A stretch of 48,673 nucleotides of DNA from a virus, in the IMG/VR virus record IMGVR_UViG_3300043486_000003, positions 1 to 48,673 of that record. The stretch is one strand, 5' to 3'. The translations under genes were made by a program, and so were the position numbers. How positions within the stretch are numbered: the first letter of the stretch is position 1; every line of letters begins with the position of its first letter. This document shows, piece by piece, positions 23,652 through 31,811 of the stretch. A model generated the notes under the pieces. The model made no database searches. It saw only the letters and a list, made by a program, of their open reading frames with translations, and had not been told where the DNA came from.

Positions 23652-25634
23652 ATGCTGTACTCCGATCCACCTGCACGGATTGTGAATCAAGGCACCTTCC
23701 CGTTCGCCACATCCGTCAACGCCGTGTACACGATCGGTCGCGATGCCGTGGGCGATGCTCTCAATTCCCTATTCTCTGAAACGACTACCGTTGGTGCCGA
23801 TATCGAAACGTATGGGCTTGGGCTAGCCGGACGTCGGCTCAAGTGCATCTCTTTCGGTAACGCCACCAGGGCCGTAGTTTTCGACCCACGGGACCCCTAT
23901 CAACTTAAGCTAATCGGGAACGCGTTCGATTGGGCTGAATGGCTTATCTGGCATAACGCACCATTTGATGTCCCGAATCTGTGGATGAACGGCATTATCA
24001 ACCGGGATCATGTCAGGAAAACTATTGACACCCTGATCCATTGCCGACAGGCCAACCCTGGGGAGCGCGTCCCGAAAAACCTTGAGGCTGCCTGCGACCG
24101 ATACATGGGAACAGGCCCTGGGGGAGAACTTTTCAAATCCTTTAAGATGATGGGAATCACCAAGAAAAAGGGATTCTACGAATACGATCTAGATCGACCG
24201 ATCTATCAGCAAGGGGCTGCCTCCGACCCCTTGCTCACCTACCGGCTGTACCCGATCGTCAAACAGGCTGCGTATGACCGTTTTACGAGCGGGCACCCGT
24301 TCAATCGGATGTCGGTCAAGGGACCGGAAGCATGGGCTCTGGTAGAGCGGGAACAGCGTATCAACCGGATGATGACTCTTCCCCGTACCTGTAAGGGATT
24401 GCGAGTGGACTTCGAATTCCTGGACCGATACAAGGCTGAGAACGCGGTAGAGCTAGCAGATGCTAACACAGACCTTGAAGCAGCAGGGGTGCGCCCCGGG
24501 TCGGGACCGGATCTGGCGAAAGTCCTTGAGTCAGAAGGCGCTATGCCTCCTGACTTTCCCAGAACATCCAAGACCGGTGTGTACAGCATGACAGCCCCGG
24601 CTGTGGAGAACCTTTCCCATCCATTAGCCCGAAAGTTCGTACGGCAGAAACAGATTCAGAAGATCGGTAAGGACTATATTCAGAAGTGTGTGGACCTTGC
24701 CGACGATACCGGCCGCATCCACCCGACGAAGAACCTTCTAGCCGCAGCTACCGGCCGGGCCAGCGCCAATGACCCGCCAACAGACCAGTTCTCAGGTCCG
24801 GCCCGGGGGATCATCTTGTTCGATGAAGGGGACGAGGGAACATCGGTTGACCTGTCTCAGGGAGAACCGATTACGATCGCCAACGCCGCTCGCGACACGT
24901 TGGTTCTTGATGGGTACGAAAAGGGAAGTGACGGACTGTACGTGCAGCTTGGGCTGACGTCCGGCCTTCTACCCCCTGGTACAACGAAAGCCATGTGCGG
25001 CAAGGGAACCCCGTTCGCACCGATGTATGGGGCACTGAAAATCGTTGTACTGGCTCAGCTTTACGGAGAGAGCCTCGCGAAGCTGAGTGCTGACCTGGGG
25101 CTGAGTCCAGAGCCGTATGAAACACCGAATCAGCAGAACGAGCGCCAACGTGACTGGGAAGTCAACGTTTTGGAGCGTGAACCGAACACGCTCTACCCTC
25201 GGTTCGCTCAAGCGAAACAGCTTCGCGGACAGGTGATGTCGGCCATGCCTAAGACAGCTGAGTACATCCTTAAACTGAAAGGTATTGCCCGACAGTACAA
25301 AAAGATCATCACTATCTCAGGCCGAATCCTGGACATCCCAAGCACCAACCGAAAAGGCCGATGGACCGTCGATGCACACAAGGGACCGAACTACTTCTGC
25401 CAGGGTGGGCAGTATGACTTGGTGGCCGATTCCCTGATCGGGATCATTGATGCTGGTCTTGAGGATGCTGTCTACCTCCTCATGCACGACGAAATCGTGT
25501 GCAGCACAAGTGCATCCAGAGACATCAGAAGGATTCTGGAGACACCAAGCGAGCGGTTCTGTATGTGGGCTGGCCGGACCCCTATTCTCCGGACCGATAT
25601 CAAGGACCTAGGTGAAAGGTGGGCTGACGCATGA
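23652..25634 (+). CDS. DNA polymerase I (3'-5' exonuclease + family A polymerase domains)
   Basis: The exonuclease motifs are GADIETYGL and WHNAPFDVPNL. The polymerase motifs are VDLSQGEP, KIVVLAQLYGES and LLMHDEIV. I start it at MLYSDPP (ATG after AGAAAGG), with CCACCGACAA 28 nt upstream. The tracked start at 23562 is less likely. Confidence 0.9.
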   Translation: MLYSDPPARIVNQGTFPFATSVNAVYTIGRDAVGDALNSLFSETTTVGADIETYGLGLAGRRLKCISFGNATRAVVFDPRDPYQLKLIGNAFDWAEWLIWHNAPFDVPNLWMNGIINRDHVRKTIDTLIHCRQANPGERVPKNLEAACDRYMGTGPGGELFKSFKMMGITKKKGFYEYDLDRPIYQQGAASDPLLTYRLYPIVKQAAYDRFTSGHPFNRMSVKGPEAWALVEREQRINRMMTLPRTCKGLRVDFEFLDRYKAENAVELADANTDLEAAGVRPGSGPDLAKVLESEGAMPPDFPRTSKTGVYSMTAPAVENLSHPLARKFVRQKQIQKIGKDYIQKCVDLADDTGRIHPTKNLLAAATGRASANDPPTDQFSGPARGIILFDEGDEGTSVDLSQGEPITIANAARDTLVLDGYEKGSDGLYVQLGLTSGLLPPGTTKAMCGKGTPFAPMYGALKIVVLAQLYGESLAKLSADLGLSPEPYETPNQQNERQRDWEVNVLEREPNTLYPRFAQAKQLRGQVMSAMPKTAEYILKLKGIARQYKKIITISGRILDIPSTNRKGRWTVDAHKGPNYFCQGGQYDLVADSLIGIIDAGLEDAVYLLMHDEIVCSTSASRDIRRILETPSERFCMWAGRTPILRTDIKDLGERWADA

Positions 25635-25717
25635 AGTGTCTGAGATTCATAGTTGAGGTTGTTATTGTTGCATATTTACTTGCACTAGTAACGGTTGTTT
25701 TAGGAGTTGGGCAATGA
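25631..25717 (+). CDS. small hydrophobic protein (28 aa)
   Basis: It is absent from the track. It has ATGA overlaps at both ends and reads MKCLRFIVEVVIVAYLLALVTVVLGVGQ. Confidence 0.4.
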   Translation: MKCLRFIVEVVIVAYLLALVTVVLGVGQ

Positions 25718-26106
25718 ACAAGGGATTTCTGAATATCACTGGTGCTGGTATACGCTCATTTTATGTCGAGTCAGTGTACCCCCATAGGGTATCCCTAGCT
25801 ACTCATAAAGAATACATACTATGGGCGCAACGGCTAGGTATTGATTGTAATTTTATTCCACGTGACTCTTGGATTGCGTGTAACGATAACATGCGAACAG
25901 TCACTCATGTGAAATACCACATTCTTCCAAATCCATTCCCAAGCCTATGGGACACTCATTATTTTGCACTATGTCGACACGCCACGGATCTATCTACGTT
26001 CGGCTGGCCGGATAAAGATGGAATGTGCTGTGAAATCGTCATTATTCAATTAGAAGCTTCGGCAATGCCCTTCCCAGAGATACAGGTGCGCGATGAACCG
26101 TTCTAA
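25714..26106 (+). CDS. hypothetical protein (130 aa), A+T-rich gene
   Basis: This tracked ORF is translationally coupled to the upstream gene. Confidence 0.55.
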   Translation: MNKGFLNITGAGIRSFYVESVYPHRVSLATHKEYILWAQRLGIDCNFIPRDSWIACNDNMRTVTHVKYHILPNPFPSLWDTHYFALCRHATDLSTFGWPDKDGMCCEIVIIQLEASAMPFPEIQVRDEPF

Positions 26107-26266
26107 ATCCCTGTACTGCTTTATTCGAGCCAATCATGCCGCAATGGTGCCCTATTACGAGTGGCATGTGTTCAGCTGGCAGAACGGATGTGTCCATGAA
26201 AGTACCTGGTACATACCGATAGACACGTTCTGGGGACAAAACCGTATCACAGAGACGGAGAGTTGA
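26093..26266 (+). CDS. hypothetical protein (57 aa)
   Basis: It is absent from the track. It overlaps both neighbours and is Trp/His-rich (MNRSKSLYCFIRANHAAMVPYYEWHVFSW...). Confidence 0.45.
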   Translation: MNRSKSLYCFIRANHAAMVPYYEWHVFSWQNGCVHESTWYIPIDTFWGQNRITETES

Positions 26267-28650
26267 TGTTCGGTAATGATCAGTTCGTCAGAGTATTCGG
26301 TTCCACCCCGGCTGGCGACGATGACGGACTGATCAGAATCGTAGCCGGTGCCGTCAAAGAAGGCTTTGCCATAGTCCTAAACAAACCTGGCACCAAAATC
26401 CCGATGTGCATCTTGTCGGCACGAGATGCCAACGCGGCCGATCGGAAAGCACAACAGGAAGCGGCAACCCTGGGCGACCCTATGTTCGCTCGCAGGAAAC
26501 ATGCTTGTGGAATCAACCATGCGATGACAGTAGTGAGTCTGACTGCGACAGAAGAGAAACCAGAAGGCGACCCGACCAAAGTACTGGCCAAAGTCAGCTC
26601 AATCATCCGGCGACTCACCAAGACATCCGGAGGAGTCCAGCCAAATATCGGGGTAGAGCTCGGCCGATCCCGGATGCTTGTCATTGACGTGGATACCGAG
26701 GAAGAACAAGACGGTTTCTGTGCGGATTGGGCCGATCACAACGACGGTAACGGAGACACCATTCCGGGCATGACTGTCAGCTCACCAGGGAAACAAACCT
26801 TAGGTGGCCAATGGGTCCACAAAAACGGTGGCCACTACTGGTTTTCGCTTCCTGATGACGTCGTACTGCCTCTTTCCTCGGGAGCACTCGCGGCTGACTC
26901 AGGATGGGTTGCGATGTGGGACAAACACCAGGTATTGGTCCCACCGTCCACTAGAGAGGAAGGTGCGTACTCGATCATCGGCCAGCTAGAGCCTGCCCCC
27001 CGCTGGCTCATAGAGTGGATCATCGCTCACGCCCGTCAGCGGATGGAGAGAGCCGCCAGTCGGGGCACCCTGCCAGACGGTACCGGAGACATCGACCTGT
27101 GGGCAGCCAGGACCCCATGGGCCGATCTGCTTGATGGCTGGACAGAGACCGGTCTGCCGGACCGGTGTTCCTGCCCTATCTGGACTGCCCCAGGGCCCCA
27201 CGGAAGCCCGAAAAGCGCTACCGCGCATGACCTCGGGTGCGATCACTACGACACATCCCCAGGGCACGCTCCCTTGCATGTATGGACAGACAACCCGCCC
27301 GAGTGGATGGCAGAAGCGTTCCGGCAAACAGGCTCGAAAACCATTACCAAGCTTCAGTTTTTAGCCTGGCGTGATCATAGCGGCGTTGTAGCAGCTGCTT
27401 TACGTGAACTGGGACTAGTCGGTGTGGATGCTGAATTCCCTGGTTTCGCAGCACTTTCCGAACTGGACAGTCCTCTCGATCAGGCTATGGAGGAAGAGAA
27501 CCCTTTTGAGGAGCTCGGAAGCGGTGAGGGGGACGCTTCCGAGAGCACCGAAACCCCTGGCGTGGTGCCGAAACAGACCAAAATCGAGTATCTGAAAGCT
27601 CAGTTACTGACGTCGGCTGAGCTGGACAGCATCCCGAAACTCGATCCCCTGGTAGACGGCATCCTGGACCTTGACTCTATCGCTCGGCTGACTGGAAAGT
27701 CCGGTCATGGAAAGAGTTTCGTCATGCTGGACCTGTCCGCATGTGTGGCGACAGGCAAAACTTGGTTCGGTCGGAAGGTGACTCAGGGGGTTGTCGTGTA
27801 CATGGTGGCAGAGGGAGCACGAGGGTGGAAAAAGAGAGTAAGGGCGTGGGAACGACGATTTAATAATGGTGAATATTTACCTGACAATTTCATCATACTT
27901 CCGATGCCGGTGCAGACATCTTCCGTAGAAGACTGGTATGCCTTCCGAATGGTGCTCAAGGAACTTAAGCCATCGCTAGTTGTACTAGACACCCAAGCCC
28001 GGGTGACCGTTGGCGTAGATGAAAACGACAACACGGAAATGGGAAAGTTTGTCGAAAGGCTTGAAATAATCCGAAGGGAAACGGGAGCGTGCGTGGTTGC
28101 TGTCCACCATCTGGGGCACCAGGGGGAGCACGGCCGGGGTGCCACAGCGGTCATCGGTGCCCTGGGAGCGGAGATCAGGGTACGCAAGACAGAAGAGGGC
28201 AAGCTCACCGTTGAGTCTGAAAAGCAGAAGGACACAGGCAATTTCGAGCCGATGAAGTTTTCCCTTGATCCGGAAGGTGACTCCGTTGTGCTGGCACCGG
28301 ACGGCTGGCAGCCGATCGAGCCGGACACAGACCCGATGCTCACCCCCGCTCCCCCGCTGGCAGGCAAGGGAGTGGACGAGAAGAGCTCTACTAGGGATCG
28401 GCTGGCGGCCATCCTGCACATCGTGTTCGGGGCCGGTAGAGGGGCCACCAAAGGTGAGGCACTGGGCATCCTGACGACAGGCCATCCGGTGTTCGGCAAG
28501 GCCGGAAAAACACAGCGGTTTCATGCCTGGACTGATCTTGAACGGGATCAGGTTCTGGTACAGCAGATCGGCCCCAACGGAGGGTTGACGCAGCGATTCA
28601 AGCTCGATCGGCAGGAGGCCGATCGGCTTGGACTTCCCCCGGCTGTATGA
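26266..28650 (+). CDS. bifunctional primase-polymerase (PrimPol) / RepA-DnaB-like helicase
   Basis: The N-terminal PrimPol motifs are FAIVLNKPGTKIP, LVIDVDT and GGHYWF. The central ATPase has Walker A GKSGHGKS and Walker B LVVLDT, then VVAVHHLGHQGEHGRG. Confidence 0.8.
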   Translation: MFGNDQFVRVFGSTPAGDDDGLIRIVAGAVKEGFAIVLNKPGTKIPMCILSARDANAADRKAQQEAATLGDPMFARRKHACGINHAMTVVSLTATEEKPEGDPTKVLAKVSSIIRRLTKTSGGVQPNIGVELGRSRMLVIDVDTEEEQDGFCADWADHNDGNGDTIPGMTVSSPGKQTLGGQWVHKNGGHYWFSLPDDVVLPLSSGALAADSGWVAMWDKHQVLVPPSTREEGAYSIIGQLEPAPRWLIEWIIAHARQRMERAASRGTLPDGTGDIDLWAARTPWADLLDGWTETGLPDRCSCPIWTAPGPHGSPKSATAHDLGCDHYDTSPGHAPLHVWTDNPPEWMAEAFRQTGSKTITKLQFLAWRDHSGVVAAALRELGLVGVDAEFPGFAALSELDSPLDQAMEEENPFEELGSGEGDASESTETPGVVPKQTKIEYLKAQLLTSAELDSIPKLDPLVDGILDLDSIARLTGKSGHGKSFVMLDLSACVATGKTWFGRKVTQGVVVYMVAEGARGWKKRVRAWERRFNNGEYLPDNFIILPMPVQTSSVEDWYAFRMVLKELKPSLVVLDTQARVTVGVDENDNTEMGKFVERLEIIRRETGACVVAVHHLGHQGEHGRGATAVIGALGAEIRVRKTEEGKLTVESEKQKDTGNFEPMKFSLDPEGDSVVLAPDGWQPIEPDTDPMLTPAPPLAGKGVDEKSSTRDRLAAILHIVFGAGRGATKGEALGILTTGHPVFGKAGKTQRFHAWTDLERDQVLVQQIGPNGGLTQRFKLDRQEADRLGLPPAV

Positions 28651-28686
28651 GGATTATATGTATAAATGTCCTAGTTTGTCTACCGA

Positions 28687-28864
28687 CCGAACTAGTCCGA
28701 ACTGGTTCGGGGTAGTTCGGACTAGTTCGGTCGAAAAGTTGATCAAGCACCTTGATCAACATGCCTCTCACCTGCAAGAGTCCGGCACAGTTCGGAGTAG
28801 TTCGGAGTAGTTCGGAGTAGTTCGGTCGGCCCCTCCCCTTAAGAGGGGCCGAACTCCCGAACTA
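28687..28864. repeat. iteron cluster: 11 copies of AGTTCGG/CCGAACT plus two TTGATCAA palindromes and a hairpin (candidate replication origin)
   Basis: Direct copies lie at 28705, 28714, 28724, 28789, 28799, 28809 and 28819, mostly at 10-bp spacing. Inverted copies lie at 28687, 28697, 28849 and 28858. TTGATCAA occurs at 28739 and 28752. The GGCCCCTC/GAGGGGCC hairpin spans 28828-28850. Confidence 0.6.
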
Positions 28865-28927
28865 GATCATTTAGAAAGAGCGAACGAACGGACCTTTTTC
28901 AAGATCAAATGATGGGAGAAAAAGATC

Positions 28928-29416
28928 ATGAAGCGACCTGAAACCGTGTTGGACGTCTGCGTGCACGCAGGGGACGATTCCAACCACGCGAAGCGGCCGA
29001 CGACTCTGTTAGGGCCTCGACTGGGGTACTGGTGCACGACATGCCGACGTCAGCGGATCAAAGAGCAGAAGACCGCTCGCCGGACCTACCACTTGATCAA
29101 GACTTACGGGATCAGTCCGGAAGACGTCGCACTGATCGTCGCCATGATGCCGACCAACCGAGCTGGGGTGAAGGTGTGCCCTGGCTGTCTGACCGCAACC
29201 GGTGCCAGGAAGGCACTGGCGGCTGACCATGACCACAGATTGGCCGAGCGGGGGTTACCGGCCCGGGAGACCGTCAGAGGCTTCCTGTGTGGTCCCTGCA
29301 ACCAGACGATCGGCCGGTACGGACCAGCTGGGTTAAGACGGCTGGCCGACTACCTGGAGAATCCTCCGGCACCCCGGGCACTGGGTCTGTCCACATCTGA
29401 TAGACTGTCCACATGA
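28928..29416 (+). CDS. recombination endonuclease VII
   Basis: CPGC...LAADHDH...VRGFLCGPCNQTIG matches the Endonuclease_7 signature. The RBS is GGGAGAAAAAG. Confidence 0.85.
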   Translation: MKRPETVLDVCVHAGDDSNHAKRPTTLLGPRLGYWCTTCRRQRIKEQKTARRTYHLIKTYGISPEDVALIVAMMPTNRAGVKVCPGCLTATGARKALAADHDHRLAERGLPARETVRGFLCGPCNQTIGRYGPAGLRRLADYLENPPAPRALGLSTSDRLST

Positions 29417-29820
29417 ACACGACTGAGAAAATTCATAGGGCAGCCGGGTGGGCCAGAAGTAGAACATCTATTGCGAGAGAGCTGTGCATAACTGATGAGC
29501 TTTTAGCTAACGAATATGTAAATGTGAATCATATTGTGGCAGTAAAAGAGCTAGCTGAATTTTTTGGGGTAGGTAGGACAACTATTTCTCAATGGTACTA
29601 TCGGCAGGCAGACAATGGTATGCCTTCACCGGTTAAAACCATAGGTTCCAAAGGAACGATCTGGGATCTTGAGGAAGTAGTTTTGTGGTGGCTGAATTGG
29701 AAGAATCCCTCTAAGCCGAAAGCTGGTACCCTTCCTGCTAATTATAAGGAAATACTTCCTAATCTTGAGAGGGTTCTTAATAATAGCGATTATCCGTATA
29801 TCGTAGTTAGGTTGGCATGA
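29413..29820 (+). CDS. helix-turn-helix DNA-binding protein (Xis/MerR-like HTH)
   Basis: VKELAEFFGVGRTTISQWYYR...WDLEEVVLWW is HTH-like. It has an ATGA overlap with endonuclease VII. Confidence 0.6.
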   Translation: MNTTEKIHRAAGWARSRTSIARELCITDELLANEYVNVNHIVAVKELAEFFGVGRTTISQWYYRQADNGMPSPVKTIGSKGTIWDLEEVVLWWLNWKNPSKPKAGTLPANYKEILPNLERVLNNSDYPYIVVRLA

Positions 29821-29822
29821 CT

Positions 29823-29921
29823 ATGCTCTGGATTATTCTGGCTGGTGTACTGGCGTGGGGAGTGATGACAATATTTATTATTACCTGGATCTTGATCAAA
29901 TCACAGCATAAGTATTACTGA
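29823..29921 (+). CDS. small membrane protein (32 aa)
   Basis: It is absent from the track and reads MLWIILAGVLAWGVMTIFIITWILIKSQHKYY. Confidence 0.4.
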   Translation: MLWIILAGVLAWGVMTIFIITWILIKSQHKYY

Positions 29922-29946
29922 CAGCTTCTGAGGGGAAGTTAGCACA

Positions 29947-30231
29947 ATGACTGCGAAAGTGGTGTTTCTGTTTTTGGTGCTATGGTATGGGGTAGCTTTA
30001 AGTCTATGGGTGCTTCATAAAGTATTTCATAAGACTCAGGCAGATCTAGAAGTAGGCCGAGTCTGGCTGAATGAAAAGCATAAGCAAGAAGTAGCAGCTA
30101 TGCAACTTCGGGTGAAAGAACTGCCAGCCGGAACCACTCTTGCGGTTGAGGATAGAGAAGTAGTCAAAGGGGAAGTACTGGAATCTGAGGAAATTCCGGA
30201 TTGGATGAATAGTGATGATGAGAAAATGTGA
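29947..30231 (+). CDS. membrane protein (94 aa, N-terminal TM helix)
   Basis: This tracked ORF has the RBS GAGGGG. VVFLFLVLWYGVALSLWVL forms a TM helix. Confidence 0.55.
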   Translation: MTAKVVFLFLVLWYGVALSLWVLHKVFHKTQADLEVGRVWLNEKHKQEVAAMQLRVKELPAGTTLAVEDREVVKGEVLESEEIPDWMNSDDEKM

Positions 30232-30496
30232 TGGTAGTGATGTTACTTTAGTCAAGGTCATTGATATTGATAATGAAGAACCTTGCGACTGTGGATTAGA
30301 ATTCGATGATGTGTTTTATTCGGTTTTGTATCCACACGCGCGTATCCCTAGTCGAGAAGAAAAGCTTATGCACGATAACAGCACTATGCTCAAGGTATAT
30401 AACGCACTTATATCTAATGGATTTACGCACGGGCATGCTATGGACGCGATTAATGCAATGCAAAACTCTGGTATTTATTTTAGAGAACTAAAATAG
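30212..30496 (+). CDS. hypothetical protein (94 aa), A+T-rich gene
   Basis: This tracked ORF has alternative starts at 30212, 30215 and 30218. Confidence 0.55.
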   Translation: MMMRKCDGSDVTLVKVIDIDNEEPCDCGLEFDDVFYSVLYPHARIPSREEKLMHDNSTMLKVYNALISNGFTHGHAMDAINAMQNSGIYFRELK

Positions 30497-30584
30497 AACG
30501 TGTCGGTAGTCCAGTACAGTCGCGGGTACTGGCGCCGACACTGTGTCCTGGCAGACCTCGTTTGGACCGCAGGTGCCGGACACA

Positions 30585-30637
30585 GAAACACCCCCCTACC
30601 GGCTGGACCCCAGGTAGGGGGGTGTTTCACGTGAAAC
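30585..30637. terminator. terminator hairpin fused to the GTTTCACGTGAAAC palindrome
   Basis: A 16-bp stem spans 30585-30600 and 30613-30628. The palindrome lies at 30624-30637. The element sits between the + block and the convergent SprT-like gene. Confidence 0.7.
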
Positions 30638-30638
30638 A

Positions 30639-31295
30639 TCAGACTTGGATCATGACGCTTCCGAATGGGCAGCTTGGTGCGCCGATCTTAATCCAGCTCC
30701 GGGAGGTACGGACGGTGTATCCGCCACAGTCACATCCTGGGGCAACACATACTAGCTTTACGTGCCGGTTGGTCTGACGAGGTGGGCCGGAGGAACTAGG
30801 TTTGACTGGCAGTGCGTTTCCGTCCGGCCCTACCGTAATCTCATTGAAAATCTTGGTCAGATCGACCTGAGCACCGGGGTACTCTCCTAGAGACTCAGCA
30901 ATCGTGATTAGCTCTGCTGCCAGCTCGACACTGCTGGGAGTGCTGACCATCGGTCCCAGGAAGCCCAACCGGGTAGCCGCTTCGGCGAACCGGCCACGGT
31001 GGCCATCCTCGTTGTTCAAGGCTGCGTGGATCAGTTCGTGCAGCAACGTCTCCAGCATGTTTGCTGTGTCGGCATCTTCGGGGGAAATCCAGATCTCGTT
31101 CACACTATCCTGAACATGTTGACGGCTGATCGTCACCCCAAGAATCGTTGCGTTCTCCTGCCGTGCTCCGGTCGGGCCGAACCCCACAGCTACACGAACC
31201 TTTTCAGGGAGTGGAAAACCGATTTCAGTGAATCGGGGCCGGAAGATCTCGACCCCCCGGTAGAGCCAGGACTCGCGAGCGGCGTAGGTGCTCAT
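30639..31295 (-). CDS. SprT-like zinc metalloprotease domain protein
   Basis: LLHELIHAALNNEDGHRGRFAEAATRLGF carries HExxH plus a downstream His. A C-terminal Cys cluster reads CVAPGCDCGG. I start it at MSTYAARESW, preceded by ACACCGACAGAGAGG. Confidence 0.75.
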   Translation of the reverse strand: MSTYAARESWLYRGVEIFRPRFTEIGFPLPEKVRVAVGFGPTGARQENATILGVTISRQHVQDSVNEIWISPEDADTANMLETLLHELIHAALNNEDGHRGRFAEAATRLGFLGPMVSTPSSVELAAELITIAESLGEYPGAQVDLTKIFNEITVGPDGNALPVKPSSSGPPRQTNRHVKLVCVAPGCDCGGYTVRTSRSWIKIGAPSCPFGSVMIQV

Positions 31296-31388
31296 TTTGG
31301 TGCCTCTCTGTCGGTGTATTCCACATCTTAGCACACCGTGTACACGTCCTGTCTAGTAGATTCGACCATCAACCCGTACTCTGTCCAC

Positions 31389-31811
31389 ATGCCTTCTAGG
31401 GGTCCTCTTGGTGCTCGCGGTCCAAGGCGTGCCAGCAAGGGTGCTGATCCGATGCTGACCAGCTATTGGTGGACCAAGGTGGTCCGGCCGTACTGGATGA
31501 AACACAGAGGCCCATGCGCTTGGTGTGGGGGACAGATCGACTACGACGGCGGTAGGTACATCCCTGGCACAAGGCGAGTGAACCGAGCTTCTCTGGTTGT
31601 TGGCCATATCGTTGGCAGGGATCACGCCAAGTTGCTCGGGTGGACAGAAGATCAGATCAATGCCATATCCAATACTCAACCCGAGCATGCACACTGTTCT
31701 GACCGTAGTGGAGCTAGGTACGGGAACCATAAAAGAGGAATGCAAAGACATGGGTTAATCAACATAGTTCCACTTTCGTCACCGTCCACCGATAACAGTA
31801 GGAAATGGTAA
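31389..31811 (+). CDS. HNH endonuclease
   Basis: CAWCGG...VVGHIVGRDHAKLLGW...NTQPEHAHCSDRSG matches the HNH pattern. It is the internal ATG of tracked ORF 31338, and the start is uncertain. Confidence 0.7.
   Translation: MPSRGPLGARGPRRASKGADPMLTSYWWTKVVRPYWMKHRGPCAWCGGQIDYDGGRYIPGTRRVNRASLVVGHIVGRDHAKLLGWTEDQINAISNTQPEHAHCSDRSGARYGNHKRGMQRHGLINIVPLSSPSTDNSRKW

Noticed and set aside
27783-28499. 238-aa and 179-aa - strand ORFs inside the primase-helicase gene.
   Set aside because: They lie antisense to a gene with clear Walker motifs. They are Ser/Pro/Arg-rich, as is typical of antisense frames in GC-richer DNA, and have no RBS.
28687-28864. Short repeats that could be a CRISPR-like or satellite array; also tracked ORF 28628..28810.
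   Set aside because: The repeats are 7-10 bp with both orientations and no spacers, which fits iterons. The 60-aa ORF is just the repeats read in frame (VRSSSE...) and has no RBS.
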